DNA of 64,000 nucleotides from an uncultured Candidatus Saccharibacteria bacterium (GCA_964490395.1 CAZBAS010000007.1:7208-71207), one strand, 5' to 3'. Shown: positions 29,512 to 40,001, numbered from the stretch's first letter. The notes: generated by a model from the sequence alone, not told the origin. A program made the numbers and translations.

Positions 29512-31077
29512 ATGCCAGTGAATCAAATTCAAATTAGCGATGAAACTCGAAAAGCGCAGGCGCGCATTAAACTCGATTTCATCCCCGTTACCTTTACTAC
29601 CGATCTTCAGAAACGCATTACTGCGTTAGTGGCAACGTTCGTTGCTGCTACCGGTATCGAACCGCTTTACAAGACCGCTGCGGGTTGGGCTGCGCAGATC
29701 TATGCTGGTTTAATCCAGCGTGTGCATCCTATCGTCGAAGAAGCGAAGTCAGAAGCCACGGAAGTGGTGGATGGTACGAGCTTTGGAGGCGAAGCCGCAG
29801 TTTACAGAAGCGCGGTTGAAAGCGCGGAAAAGAAGTACCGTGAAAAGGTCAAAAAGGCGTTTAAGAAGGCCTTGGGCAATGACCGCAGCAATTCCCGTAA
29901 GTTGACAGGTCTGAAGGCTGAAAGAACCGAACTCCTCGTTCGCATCAAAGATCAAGTGGTGCGCATGACTGGCGATGAGAATGCCCATATCCGGTCCGAG
30001 AGTAAAATCCTCGAATGGGTTATGAGGTCGGCGTTGCTTGGCTCCTTCTCTACCGTTGAATACTTGCTCGGCTTCGGCGCATATGCATTCTTGGGTAATG
30101 ACCAAATTGCCACCGGCTTTTCCGGCGGCACTGTGCTGGCCATGCTCATCTTGACTATTCTTGCAGGCGAATGTTTTAGCCGTATGTATGCTTATCGGAG
30201 CGCTCTGCGAACTCTCGCGGAGAATTATCCTGATGGCTACTACGACTACGATGACCGTAAGGTTATCATTGTTCGTCCGAGTGAGAAAGTCGAACTCATA
30301 GCGAAGTCTAGTTTACGGGGGCTGATCGGTCTTAGCGTTATTCTGCTCTTGATGCGTATTGTGGTCGCGTTTATGGACCATGAGACGGGGCCAATTGCCA
30401 TCGGCGGCGCACTCATTATGGCCGCGTTGAGCGGTGCATTTCTGCTTGTCGAACTTAAGATCGGCATGCAGTATGACGCCGACGCCTACCGTAAGTGGAA
30501 AGAGCTGAATGACCGCCTGGACGAAGTTGAAGACGGGATTGATGAAATCGAAAATCCGGATCCGGAAGCGCCGGAAGATACGACTGTACAGGATGAATTG
30601 ACCAAAACTTTGACTGTGGCACACGAAGAATATCTGGAAGTGGTCCGCAACCCTGCGGAAACGATTGAAAGGAAAATTCGTGTTGAAGCAGCAAAAGTGG
30701 AGTTCTTCCTGGCTGTGATTGATCGCGTTGCAGAAGCTGGAAAAATGATTGAGGACAAACTGGCTGAGTTGATGGTGTTAATTTGCGAAGCGGTTCTGGC
30801 CAGTAATGCTGGTCTGGATCGGGATGCGATGATACCGAAGCGCAGTCAAGTCCAAAAATTGTTAACCGAAGCAATTGGTGCCTCCTCGGCCTTCAGTGTT
30901 TCTGAAGCGTTGATCGAACGCATGCGGCAGTTCCAACCGCCCACCATTATTTCCCTTGGCTTGCCAGCCGCCATTACCGATTTTGCATTTGTTAATAGCG
31001 AAATCGAAATGGCTGTGCGAGCTGAACTCTTGAATGAAGACCTACAGCAGCCAGTCGCCCTGGCTGAGGACATCTAA
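29512..31077 (+). CDS. Orphan membrane protein (soluble N-terminal domain, four central TM helices, acidic helical C-terminal domain)
   Basis: A 521-aa product with no recognisable motif and an atypical codon signature (AAG, ATC, CCG and GCG preferred). Confidence 0.55.
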   Translation: MPVNQIQISDETRKAQARIKLDFIPVTFTTDLQKRITALVATFVAATGIEPLYKTAAGWAAQIYAGLIQRVHPIVEEAKSEATEVVDGTSFGGEAAVYRSAVESAEKKYREKVKKAFKKALGNDRSNSRKLTGLKAERTELLVRIKDQVVRMTGDENAHIRSESKILEWVMRSALLGSFSTVEYLLGFGAYAFLGNDQIATGFSGGTVLAMLILTILAGECFSRMYAYRSALRTLAENYPDGYYDYDDRKVIIVRPSEKVELIAKSSLRGLIGLSVILLLMRIVVAFMDHETGPIAIGGALIMAALSGAFLLVELKIGMQYDADAYRKWKELNDRLDEVEDGIDEIENPDPEAPEDTTVQDELTKTLTVAHEEYLEVVRNPAETIERKIRVEAAKVEFFLAVIDRVAEAGKMIEDKLAELMVLICEAVLASNAGLDRDAMIPKRSQVQKLLTEAIGASSAFSVSEALIERMRQFQPPTIISLGLPAAITDFAFVNSEIEMAVRAELLNEDLQQPVALAEDI

Positions 31078-31094
31078 GATAAGGAGAGCAAATC

Positions 31095-32141
31095 GTGAGA
31101 AACAGTAGACGTAGTAAACGCAGTGGAAAAGGTAATGGGCGATTGGTGTTACAAATCATCGCTGCGATCATGGGTTTATTGATCGTGGTTGGTGGTATCG
31201 GCTACATCGCTTATCGTCAAATCAAGAGCCATACTGATTATAAAGTTGCCAGTGACGAACAGATGATTGCCCGGGATGCACTCAGTGATGAACATCCCAC
31301 GATCCCATCTTTCTTCACTAAGCCTCTCGTCAAAAAGTTGTATCAAGGCGAAGGGTTTAAGGTGACCTTTGTAGTCAAACATGATCCAAATAATGGCTAT
31401 AAAGACTCAGAGGAAGTCTTTGAAATCCAACCCTGGGAGAAATACCAGGAAACGTTTGTCCGGGTTCGGAGGAACCAGGTGGACGAACAGATTAAGAAGT
31501 TTCCGGAGTTTGTTGAACGCTTTAACGAAGACCGGCCCCGAACCATCCAACTCTACCTCTGTGTCGACGACACAGAAGGGATCAGTACCGGCTTGAAGAA
31601 GCAGGTGACTGAAGAAGTTAAGAGTTGGGATATCGCGGCAAAACTGGCCAAGGGACACACGGTTGAAGTGATTGCGTGGCCACTTAGTGACACGGAATTC
31701 ACTCATAACCAGAAAGTAGTCCTGAAGCCAGACACTGACGATGTCGAGACGAAGCTGAAACCGCTATATACGTTTTTGTTCGGTGAAAAACCGGGCGACG
31801 TACAAGCGACAGCGACGTCCGACATTGCCGGCGGCATTAAGCGAATTGCCAGCGTAGCAGCGGAACATCCAGACCGTCAGTTTCTTTTTTTCGGCGACAG
31901 TCTTCAGAACCACAACGGCGTGCATTTTTACGGCGCTGAGGGAATGAAGATGCTTGAAGAGAAGAATTGGCCAAGTTTAGACAAAACGTTGTTTGACGAC
32001 AAGCTTCCCGCCCTTAAGGATGCCAAAATTGATTGGTTTCCACCACAGGTGGCGGCGAGCGAATCGGCATTGGTTCGTAAATCTTTGACGTATTGGGAAC
32101 ACGTCTTCGCCAAGGCCGGCGCAAAGGCCAAGATTCACTGA
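31095..32141 (+). CDS. Orphan protein with an N-terminal signal-anchor TM helix and a ~310-aa extracytoplasmic domain
   Basis: A 348-aa product starting 18 bp after the upstream gene (operonic) and followed by a terminator. Confidence 0.55.
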   Translation: MRNSRRSKRSGKGNGRLVLQIIAAIMGLLIVVGGIGYIAYRQIKSHTDYKVASDEQMIARDALSDEHPTIPSFFTKPLVKKLYQGEGFKVTFVVKHDPNNGYKDSEEVFEIQPWEKYQETFVRVRRNQVDEQIKKFPEFVERFNEDRPRTIQLYLCVDDTEGISTGLKKQVTEEVKSWDIAAKLAKGHTVEVIAWPLSDTEFTHNQKVVLKPDTDDVETKLKPLYTFLFGEKPGDVQATATSDIAGGIKRIASVAAEHPDRQFLFFGDSLQNHNGVHFYGAEGMKMLEEKNWPSLDKTLFDDKLPALKDAKIDWFPPQVAASESALVRKSLTYWEHVFAKAGAKAKIH

Positions 32142-32146
32142 TAGCA

Positions 32147-32211
32147 AGCGGCGGTAGTTGCAGAAGAGAAATTAAACACTCTTCTTGCGACTACTGCCGC
32201 TGTTTTTTTAT
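32147..32211 (+). terminator. Rho-independent terminator closing the 29512-32141 operon
   Basis: A long imperfect stem AGCGGCGGTAGTTGCAGAAGAG / CTCTTCTTGCGACTACTGCCGCT, followed by GTTTTTTTA. Confidence 0.65.
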
Positions 32212-32261
32212 TTGATAATGTATTTAAAAGCAGCCATGTTATATGGCTGCTTTAAAGTAAA

Positions 32262-35200
32262 TTATTTGAATATTTCTTCTTTTATGCGTTTAGCACGAGG
32301 GGATAGTCTACTTATTTGATTCACAAAGTCATCCAGGAAGGCCATATCTCCCTTGCCGGCATCCTTGGCCTGCTTGAGTGCTCTCAGCGCTGGTTCGTAC
32401 TCTTGATCGGATAGCTGCTTTAACATAACACCCTGTTCAGTTTTGCTTCCAACTACTTCTTTGCGATGCAGGCTTTGTGCGTTAGTAAGGACAGCTGTTT
32501 GTATGCCAGTGAACTCTCGGGGTGTTGGAAGGCGTCGCAAGGTTTGCTCTACTGTTTCATTTATTGGTAGTGGAACTTTCAGCGTATCCGGTTGGCGTAG
32601 GGGTTCGAGGCTAGCACGTTTTGTTTCCGTGTCTATGACAACTGTTTTAATGGCTTTGAGCCTGTCTGAGTAGTCCGTAAGTAGGAGTACTGCTTCGTCC
32701 ATCTCGTCTTCATTTTGTTCTAGGAACCGAGCATCTACTTCGCGTCCTTGAGTGGTAATGCGTAGTGTAAGGTCTGGTCGTATAGATGCCCTAAGCTCGC
32801 CATCCCATTTTTCAAATAGGTTTTCCGCCGGTGGCTTTACTTCTGGTGCAGCTGTCTGCTTAAGTGGTTCTAGTTCTTTTTCTATTTCTGCGCGAGAAGT
32901 GAGCTTGCCAGTGGGCACCCATAGTTCTGCTTTCCCAACGTCTGGGTCTAAATCCAAGCCAGTTTCTTTAGAGCCTACAACGAATACGACTTCAGTCACA
33001 CCGTTTAACAGTCTGGCGTTTTGCGCAACAATTAGTAGGTTTGCTTTTATAATTATTTCATCATTTACCGTCTGTTGCCCCACATCTGGTATGCCCAAAT
33101 TGCCAAATGATAGTTTCGGTAAACCGGGAATTTTGCCCCACTCGGCTAAAGCGCCTGCTTCTATTTGTGCAGCCTTTTCCTTTACCCCCATTTCTACTTC
33201 TTTTGTAAACGGGACCTCAACTATCTTAGCATCTGTTAGTTTGTAGTCAGTAGGGTTTTGGAAAATAACAATTTTGTTTACTCCGCCAGCGGTTTGGGCA
33301 AACTTCTCATATGGTGGTTGTAGGGGGATGTTATTTGTATATGCGTCTCCCTGTTTCCAGGTTTCCTGTGTTATAGACACACCTTTACCGTTGTTACGGT
33401 CCGGTCCCATGGGCATAGTCGTAAAAGCCTGCTCAGCTATCTTACGTATGAACTCAGGGTGCTCGTTCAGGTATTTGCTCAACTCTTCGTACGTACTTTT
33501 GTTCACGATAACTTCCGTGAAGAGCTCCTGCCCACCACGTGTACTGTAGTCTTGATAGGCGTGTTCGTTCTGCGCACCTGGAGCTGTTACAAAATAACCA
33601 ATACGGTATGCTACTTCTGCTCCTGCTTTTTGTTTATTATATTGGCTTAAAGGAGTGTTGCCCGCTACTTTTTCCAGTGTGATAAATTCATGCAGGCTTT
33701 TATCGTTGGCCGCTAGTTCGCGCAGTGGACTTACATATGCGATGGAGGGATAGCGCTTGGCATCTGCCCTATTTTCTCCGAATGTTCCCACGAACCCAGC
33801 CGAACCTTCGGGGTGATAGTGCTGGGGTAAGCTGGTATACACTAAGTTAGCCGCGTTTTCAGGCTTCGCGAGGAGCTCAAGCAGTCTCTGCTCTTTTGCT
33901 TCTTTGGTCTCAGCCTGTTCTGCTGCTGCCACTGCTGGTTGCTTGGCTTCCGGTGTCGTTGTATTTCCAGCTCCAAACACAGTATCCAAGTCTGCAGCAG
34001 TGATCTCTCGAGTTGCGGGGATAAATAGTGTACTCGCAAGACGAATAACAGAGGTTTCTTCAAAGTCTATGTTTATTGTGGAAATGGTGCTTATTTCTTT
34101 TCTGCCGCCCAGCTGACCAAGGTTTGCTTCTATAGTTGCAACATTGAGCGCGACTTGTGTGTAGTTATATTGATTTTTATTAGGGGTAGGATCACCCACT
34201 TTTTTATTTGCAATATATTCTTGGTATCCTTGTCCAAACGCCCACACTATATCTATTCCCGGGCGCGCCTGTTTCCATGTTTGCGTTATGCGGCCAGCAG
34301 CTGCCATGCCCACTCCGCTTTCCCGCATAAAATCTGGTATGGCATGTTCGGCCGCAGATTGGGCTGTCTCTGGTGGTTTCGATGCGGGAGGTACTGCTTG
34401 GTGTTTGGTAGGCGTTGATTGTGTGGTTGCCTTAGGAGAAGCTCCAGATATGATTTGCTCAAGAGCTTGTTCCTCAATGGCGTTTCTACAGGGGACAACG
34501 AGTGTATCTCCTTCTTCATGCAATGTTGCTCGCTCTTGCAGATCTAACTGAACCAGTCTGTACTTGCCTAGACCTGCTTTATTCTTTACAAGTAAGCCCA
34601 CGTTTATATCTATATCGCTTTCATGTTCAGCGACTAGCGCTAAATTATATACTCGCTCGTTTGGTAGTTTGCCTGCCGTAGCCTTGGCTGTTAACTCCGC
34701 ATATCCAGTAGTGTCATATTGCGTTTTAAGAGCGGCTGGCATGGTTTCAGTTTTCCATAACTCCACTACCCTTGAAACAATCATAGTTCCTTTGCCCGCC
34801 TCAGTAAGGTATTCGGTTACTTCTTTTTCGGGTGCGATATTTTTTTTACTAACTGGTTTGCTGGAGGGGGTGATTTTACTGCTCTTCTTTTTTGGTGCAG
34901 TCCCTTCTAACTCGGTGAGTATTTCTTCAGCTCGTTGTCTGCCGTTTTCATTTAGGCTTACCCGGTATATGAGGGCCTCGTTGGACGGTACTCTTTTCCA
35001 TCCCCATACCCTCCCCCAAGATTCACGGTTTTGTTCATCTATCCACTTCAAAAATTCCGCGCTGCTATTCCCCGGTTGCACTTCACGGTTCGCTCTGTCG
35101 TTCATTATATTTTCTGCCGCCCACATTGTTCTTTGGGGCTTAGGCATGCCTTCTACATCATATGGTTTTGCCAGGAGTGGGTTCCATTCAGGACGAGCTG

Positions 35201-35306
35201 CTTCCGTTTCGAGCTTGCTTTGTCTTCGGGTCTGTGGTGGTTTTTCGGGTTGTTGGTCTCTTTCTGGTTGCGCGGTAGGGTACCAATCGGCGCCTCTTCT
35301 TATCAT
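32262..35306 (-). CDS. Large (1014 aa) hydrophilic orphan protein with no TM helix, no signal peptide and no recognisable catalytic motif
   Basis: A single uninterrupted ORF with core-like AT-rich codon usage. It contains a Lys/Glu/Thr-rich linker (residues ~280-330) and a Pro-rich N-terminus. Confidence 0.6.
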   Translation of the reverse strand: MIRRGADWYPTAQPERDQQPEKPPQTRRQSKLETEAARPEWNPLLAKPYDVEGMPKPQRTMWAAENIMNDRANREVQPGNSSAEFLKWIDEQNRESWGRVWGWKRVPSNEALIYRVSLNENGRQRAEEILTELEGTAPKKKSSKITPSSKPVSKKNIAPEKEVTEYLTEAGKGTMIVSRVVELWKTETMPAALKTQYDTTGYAELTAKATAGKLPNERVYNLALVAEHESDIDINVGLLVKNKAGLGKYRLVQLDLQERATLHEEGDTLVVPCRNAIEEQALEQIISGASPKATTQSTPTKHQAVPPASKPPETAQSAAEHAIPDFMRESGVGMAAAGRITQTWKQARPGIDIVWAFGQGYQEYIANKKVGDPTPNKNQYNYTQVALNVATIEANLGQLGGRKEISTISTINIDFEETSVIRLASTLFIPATREITAADLDTVFGAGNTTTPEAKQPAVAAAEQAETKEAKEQRLLELLAKPENAANLVYTSLPQHYHPEGSAGFVGTFGENRADAKRYPSIAYVSPLRELAANDKSLHEFITLEKVAGNTPLSQYNKQKAGAEVAYRIGYFVTAPGAQNEHAYQDYSTRGGQELFTEVIVNKSTYEELSKYLNEHPEFIRKIAEQAFTTMPMGPDRNNGKGVSITQETWKQGDAYTNNIPLQPPYEKFAQTAGGVNKIVIFQNPTDYKLTDAKIVEVPFTKEVEMGVKEKAAQIEAGALAEWGKIPGLPKLSFGNLGIPDVGQQTVNDEIIIKANLLIVAQNARLLNGVTEVVFVVGSKETGLDLDPDVGKAELWVPTGKLTSRAEIEKELEPLKQTAAPEVKPPAENLFEKWDGELRASIRPDLTLRITTQGREVDARFLEQNEDEMDEAVLLLTDYSDRLKAIKTVVIDTETKRASLEPLRQPDTLKVPLPINETVEQTLRRLPTPREFTGIQTAVLTNAQSLHRKEVVGSKTEQGVMLKQLSDQEYEPALRALKQAKDAGKGDMAFLDDFVNQISRLSPRAKRIKEEIFK

Positions 35307-35381
35307 ATAAGTATCAAATTATTCACTAAAATCATTATAGCGGTTTGGAGGTGTTTGAACAAAATGTACCCCGATACCCTT

Positions 35382-37013
35382 TTAGAGGCCAACTTTGTAA
35401 ATTTTAAGCTCAGCGTTTTGATATATATTTTTTAAATAGTCGCGTTCTTCAAAAGCAGCGCTGGACCATGAAGAGACTTCGCTATCTATAATAAGGTAAT
35501 CTATGCCATTCATTTTGCAGAAAGTTTTGAGGGGATCGCTCTGGTTTGGCTCCGTGACTAGCACCCTTCTAAGCAACGTGTATTTAGCGTAATAAAATGC
35601 AGTTTGGTCTCCGTGGCCTATATATACTGTTTGTCCGGTTGTACCAGGGATTATATTTCCAAGGTTTGAACCAGTAGCAACTATGCTCCTAGACGGGGTG
35701 TTTGTTTTCAGCCAGTCTAAAGCTTCATGTTCTGAGGAGGGTATATAGTACGGCTGTGTATTTGTTTGGAAGGCCTGTACGTCTTGCCATGCAATACGGA
35801 GATTACCATATGAAAATAATAAAATAATGGCTATGGCAGTTGTGTACCGTAAATATGTGAATCTAATTTTTAAAATTATATCCCACAGTATATATCCAGC
35901 CATTATGGCAAGAGGAATGTGCAGCCCCAGAATTAGCTTTCTTTGGAACGTAATTTGTAGGGGTGCGTATACAAGCATGAGTAGCGCACCTGCCCAAAGA
36001 GCACAAAATAAAATATATTTGTTGCTAGTTTCGTGTTTAATCCAAGCAAAGAAAGCAAAGGGGAGTAGGGGCGCATATGTTTGTATGAGGGGTAAAAGTG
36101 GTGGCGCTGGCCGCGGAGGCTGCATGTTAAACCATAGGCCGAAAGCTTCGTTGTGGCTAATAACGTATCCTTGCCAGAGTATCGCCGGAAGGGTCAACAG
36201 AGTAAGGTGCATGAAATGTTTTATTGTCCCAAGATTTCGGTTGGAAAAGGCTTGGTATACAACGTACAATCCTAGTACGCTAAAGATAGAAATAATGTCA
36301 TATGGATGTACAAGGATAATCGCGTTACACAATAGTGCTTCTATGGCCAATCGTTTCTTAGAAAACGCGGTATCGTTTTTTAGGAATGATGCGTATAGTA
36401 GCAACATGAGTAGCATCGCGCTTATATTTAGCACTGACTCATAGAGCGACAAGAAAGTAACCGCTTCTGTCATCCATGTATCCAGGGAAACGTTTGAATG
36501 GGTGATCCAACCTAGACCAGACGAAGTTGCTACTAGGGCCCAGATAAACCATGATCGAGATGTTGTAAGGACGAACCTTTTTATAAATATATAGAGGGAA
36601 GTAAGAAATGCTGTTCCAAGAAGAATGCGGGCAATATTGTACCAAATAATATTTGGTAAAGATATGATTTTTGCTACAAGGCCTATTACTAAGAAAATAG
36701 GATGAAATAGTCGAGGCCCATTATTCTCCGTTGTATATAGTGGGGCGAATAATATGTGTCCTTGTCTCCCTTGCTCAATCCATGCCAGGTAACTATAAGT
36801 ATCTCCCTGGTTAATGCGGTGAACGCCTGTAAACGATCCAGGGTGTGAACGCATTGCGCCATATATATAGGGTAAGGAAATTATTACCATGGCTATTAAC
36901 GACGTTGTTACTAGCAAGATCGTACTCCTGTTTTTGGTGTATAGAGATGAGAACATGTGGTGATTATAACAAAAAAGAGCGGGTCCTTTACGCTGAGCTA
37001 TAAATAGCTTCAC
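35382..37013 (-). CDS. Polytopic membrane protein (at least 12 TM helices), possibly a GT-C-like glycosyltransferase, with a C-terminal soluble domain
   Basis: A 543-aa product whose hydrophobic helices span the first ~400 aa, followed by a C-terminal ~100-aa domain. It is not obviously related to the 17564 and 23439 paralogs. Confidence 0.5.
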   Translation of the reverse strand: MKLFIAQRKGPALFCYNHHMFSSLYTKNRSTILLVTTSLIAMVIISLPYIYGAMRSHPGSFTGVHRINQGDTYSYLAWIEQGRQGHILFAPLYTTENNGPRLFHPIFLVIGLVAKIISLPNIIWYNIARILLGTAFLTSLYIFIKRFVLTTSRSWFIWALVATSSGLGWITHSNVSLDTWMTEAVTFLSLYESVLNISAMLLMLLLYASFLKNDTAFSKKRLAIEALLCNAIILVHPYDIISIFSVLGLYVVYQAFSNRNLGTIKHFMHLTLLTLPAILWQGYVISHNEAFGLWFNMQPPRPAPPLLPLIQTYAPLLPFAFFAWIKHETSNKYILFCALWAGALLMLVYAPLQITFQRKLILGLHIPLAIMAGYILWDIILKIRFTYLRYTTAIAIILLFSYGNLRIAWQDVQAFQTNTQPYYIPSSEHEALDWLKTNTPSRSIVATGSNLGNIIPGTTGQTVYIGHGDQTAFYYAKYTLLRRVLVTEPNQSDPLKTFCKMNGIDYLIIDSEVSSWSSAAFEERDYLKNIYQNAELKIYKVGL

Positions 37014-37076
37014 GTAAATTTCTCGCTCTCAGTTTTCCCTCCCTGCTCCTCCTGCAGGGTTGTTTGGTCGCGCACG

Positions 37077-38432
37077 TTATTTGTGCACGATCCGGATTGT
37101 CACATGGAATCCGCCAGAGTTGTTTCCGTCGGAATATCCATGCAGTGATTCAATGATGCGGAGCGTTGGCACGCCCGCCTCTTTGGCCGATTGATTAAAC
37201 CGCGACCCAACAAAGTACCGGCTTGTGTCTTTGTTGGTGCCGATCCACATCTCCAAGCCTCCGATGTGGGCGGTGAATGGGCTGTCTACGCTGGGGTCGC
37301 GGTAGGCTGACCTCTCGCCTTCGGGGCTCACAGGACCGCGGCCAATGTTGGCCGTGCCTGTTGCCTCAATGCTGAGTTCGTCGCCTACTTTAAGCTTCAG
37401 CTCTTCGCCGCTCGCGGTGACCAGCTTGACGCCTTCCGCAACAACGGGGACGTCGGCTGACCATGATCCATCAGCGTTTTTGGTGACTTTGGCTTGTACA
37501 TCTGGAAGCGTGCTGCCACGTCCAGAAGTGGAAGAGGATTCCTTTGTCCAGCTAAACCAGCCATGGCGATAGGCGTACAACCCAGCCAAGACCAGCCCGA
37601 GTAACATTGCCGCTATTACCACGTGGTTTCGCGTCAACTTAAAACTGAACTTCAACCCTTTTCCAGCGCGTTCGCCCATCATGTAGCGGATCAGGAACCT
37701 GGCCGCATACAGGATGATTGCCAAGCCAATGAGGACTCGGAGCCACCAATATGGGTTTGTGTAGTTTGCTGCCCGTTCCCACTCGTCCCAGTGGTATATC
37801 CAACCAAACAACTTGCCGTTGGTTATAGCATCAACCACCAGGAAAATTGTCAGCAGGACCTGGCTGCCCAGCGCCAAGCGTTGCAGTGCCTTTAGCCAGA
37901 AGCCATCCGCTTTGAATGCAATCGCCATTATGCCGGCAATAAGCGAGGCCAAGATGATGACTGCAAACTTCATTGGGTGTTCATGCAGCGGTGTGAGCGC
38001 TGTGATCTCCAAGAGAAGTCCGAAGAGTGCGAACAGGGCGATAAACGTCGTTATGAACGAGTCCCTCTGCTCCACGGTTACCCACGGATCAGATGCCTTT
38101 TGTTCACCCGGCGCGATTTCACGAACGGCGTCCACGCCTGTGCGGAGAGCTTTCTCTGCAGCCGTGAAAAGCGCTGCAAGAAAACCTAACTGCAAGGTCG
38201 CCGCATATGCACCCAGCATGATCATTATTGAAGCGCCAATCATCACGAAGTAACCAAAGCTGTGAGAGTACCAGTCTGAGGCCATCCCTCCCAGATAGAC
38301 GGCAAAAAAGAAAGCCGGCCATCCGTAGAGGAAGATCATGAGGCGGCCAAGGTGGTACTGTAGTTCGCGCTGGGCATCCAGGACTCTTTCCTGTGTCCAA
38401 AAGAAGAAGAATTGTAGGTAGTCTTTCGGCAT
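37077..38432 (-). CDS. Orphan membrane protein (~8 TM helices) with a C-terminal ~170-aa beta-rich extracytoplasmic domain
   Basis: A 451-aa product with GC3-enriched codon usage. It is the last gene of a three-gene minus-strand operon, 40001 to 37077. Confidence 0.5.
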   Translation of the reverse strand: MPKDYLQFFFFWTQERVLDAQRELQYHLGRLMIFLYGWPAFFFAVYLGGMASDWYSHSFGYFVMIGASIMIMLGAYAATLQLGFLAALFTAAEKALRTGVDAVREIAPGEQKASDPWVTVEQRDSFITTFIALFALFGLLLEITALTPLHEHPMKFAVIILASLIAGIMAIAFKADGFWLKALQRLALGSQVLLTIFLVVDAITNGKLFGWIYHWDEWERAANYTNPYWWLRVLIGLAIILYAARFLIRYMMGERAGKGLKFSFKLTRNHVVIAAMLLGLVLAGLYAYRHGWFSWTKESSSTSGRGSTLPDVQAKVTKNADGSWSADVPVVAEGVKLVTASGEELKLKVGDELSIEATGTANIGRGPVSPEGERSAYRDPSVDSPFTAHIGGLEMWIGTNKDTSRYFVGSRFNQSAKEAGVPTLRIIESLHGYSDGNNSGGFHVTIRIVHK

Positions 38433-38441
38433 GTTTCCCCT

Positions 38442-39230
38442 TTAGGACCCTTGAATAAGGGCCCGGATGATGAGCACAATAATTGAGCCGAACCCGATTC
38501 CGAGAACGACCCCCCAGTAGAGGATTCTGAACCACAGCGGCGCTGTGGGCGCAGAGAGCCTCTGGCCAGGAAGTAAGGTTTCGGGTTGTAGGTGGAAGAG
38601 CTGAGCCAGGGTTGGCCGGTTGCGAAGACGATCCAGTTTTGCGGCAATGCGGGCCTCGCGGACCACATTCGCATCGCGGACTGCAGTCTCGCCGAATTCG
38701 CGGACTGCATCCAAGATACGTTCTGACATCGTGAGGTCAGCACAACCGGTACTGGCCAGTAAGGCCAAGCGTTCGGTGTCGTCCTCACAAAGTAGAAGTG
38801 CAGCAATTTCGTCGCTGCGGTGATTTTCGTCGGCGATACGGAAGTGGCGTTTCAGATACTTTTTCCTCATCCGGGTCACGGCTTCATCCGTGCTCGCGAG
38901 AAAGAAAATGGTATCATTTAACCGTGCCACGCCCGCAGGGCCATCAAGGTCCTCATGCAAACGTTCCAGTTGCTTACGCACCTGGCCCAAATCACGCAGA
39001 AACAATGCTCCTTCAGCAGTCATGCCCAATTTATCATCTTGCATGGTCATGATGCGCTGCGCTGCTCGAACATCGCCCTCTTCCAGTTTCTTCTGGGCAG
39101 CACCCACGACGGCTTCAGCGCCTTTGCCTTCCGCAAAGAGTGCATGAACCGCTGTGTTCGCCGTAAATTCGGACATGAAGTGTTTGGCCACGTCCCAGCC
39201 CTCATCAATAATCTTTTGAACTGTCGGCAT
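38442..39230 (-). CDS. Orphan helical protein with a single C-terminal TM helix (tail-anchored topology)
   Basis: A 262-aa product with the C-terminus LWFRILYWGVVLGIGFGSIIVLIIRALIQGS. It ends 9 bp upstream of the next gene. Confidence 0.5.
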   Translation of the reverse strand: MPTVQKIIDEGWDVAKHFMSEFTANTAVHALFAEGKGAEAVVGAAQKKLEEGDVRAAQRIMTMQDDKLGMTAEGALFLRDLGQVRKQLERLHEDLDGPAGVARLNDTIFFLASTDEAVTRMRKKYLKRHFRIADENHRSDEIAALLLCEDDTERLALLASTGCADLTMSERILDAVREFGETAVRDANVVREARIAAKLDRLRNRPTLAQLFHLQPETLLPGQRLSAPTAPLWFRILYWGVVLGIGFGSIIVLIIRALIQGS

Positions 39231-39239
39231 AGCTCTCTC

Positions 39240-40001
39240 CTATGAGTACTTGAGGTCAAGGATGACCGGTTGATCGTTGGGGTGAAGCACAGTAAGCTGT
39301 GTTTCGTTCACCCTAAAGAATTTTAAGCGGATAGTTTCAATGCCCGCTGCTGGTGTAAATTTCCAACTCGCGACCGCGAATTTCTCTTGGGTCGCTGGCG
39401 GGGTTGGTGGTACACGCGTGATGGGTGTGCCGTCGGCTGCCTGCATTACGAACTTGGCCCCACAACTAATTTCGACTTCCTCGGGGTTTTGGTCACCAGC
39501 GGCATTCGCCGTTTTAATGGTGAGTAAGAACCAGGGGTTGCCGCCACTAATTGCGGTTTTGCCAGTAACTGTAACGCGCGACTTCTTGGACGTTGCCACG
39601 CTCACAGTCCCTGCGGGTGCAGGCGGAGCCTTTGGGATTTCGAGCGCTTTCGATGTAACGTTGTCTACGTCCTCCCGCGCGCAGATGTGCGTGAAAGGAG
39701 CGCCAGACAAGTTAACGGTGACAGAACCCCAGCCCCGGTTGTTAGTGCTGATAGTCACTGGAGCATCCGGCGTGGTGCCTTTCGTAAGCTGTATGTCAAA
39801 CGCGTCAGCAGTCTCATCGTTCCCCAGATAGAGTTTGACATTTTTCACGGCAAGCCCTTTATTTCCTTTCCTTGTTTTTATTCTCAAGGTTAATTTAGTG
39901 GGGTCCTTGCCGATAATCTCAAAATCAATCGCCTCTCGGCTCTGCTGGGCCTGTTGACCAGGTTTCTTTCCGTTGGGCTGTTTGCCTTTATCGTCGGCCA
40001 T
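39240..40001 (-). CDS. Orphan protein, predicted beta-sandwich-like, with a Lys/Gln-rich N-terminus
   Basis: A 253-aa product. It is the first gene of the minus-strand operon; an AT-rich promoter region lies upstream at 40002-40600. Confidence 0.5.
   Translation of the reverse strand: MADDKGKQPNGKKPGQQAQQSREAIDFEIIGKDPTKLTLRIKTRKGNKGLAVKNVKLYLGNDETADAFDIQLTKGTTPDAPVTISTNNRGWGSVTVNLSGAPFTHICAREDVDNVTSKALEIPKAPPAPAGTVSVATSKKSRVTVTGKTAISGGNPWFLLTIKTANAAGDQNPEEVEISCGAKFVMQAADGTPITRVPPTPPATQEKFAVASWKFTPAAGIETIRLKFFRVNETQLTVLHPNDQPVILDLKYS

Noticed and set aside
32443-35310. Several long plus-strand ORFs (up to 248 aa, e.g. 34564-35310 and 32752-33246)
   Set aside because: All are antisense within the 1014-aa minus-strand gene. 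These are typical shadow ORFs with Ser/Ala/Cys-rich nonsense composition.
35827-36444. A 205-aa plus-strand ORF
   Set aside because: It is antisense inside the 12-TM membrane-protein gene, and the hydrophobic-gene complement gives an artifactual ORF.
37345-39831. Multiple 60-160-aa ORFs on both strands (e.g. 37813-38253, 38119-38535, 38336-38806, 39340-39831)
   Set aside because: All are embedded in or antisense to the three high-GC operon genes. High GC suppresses stop codons and inflates shadow ORFs.
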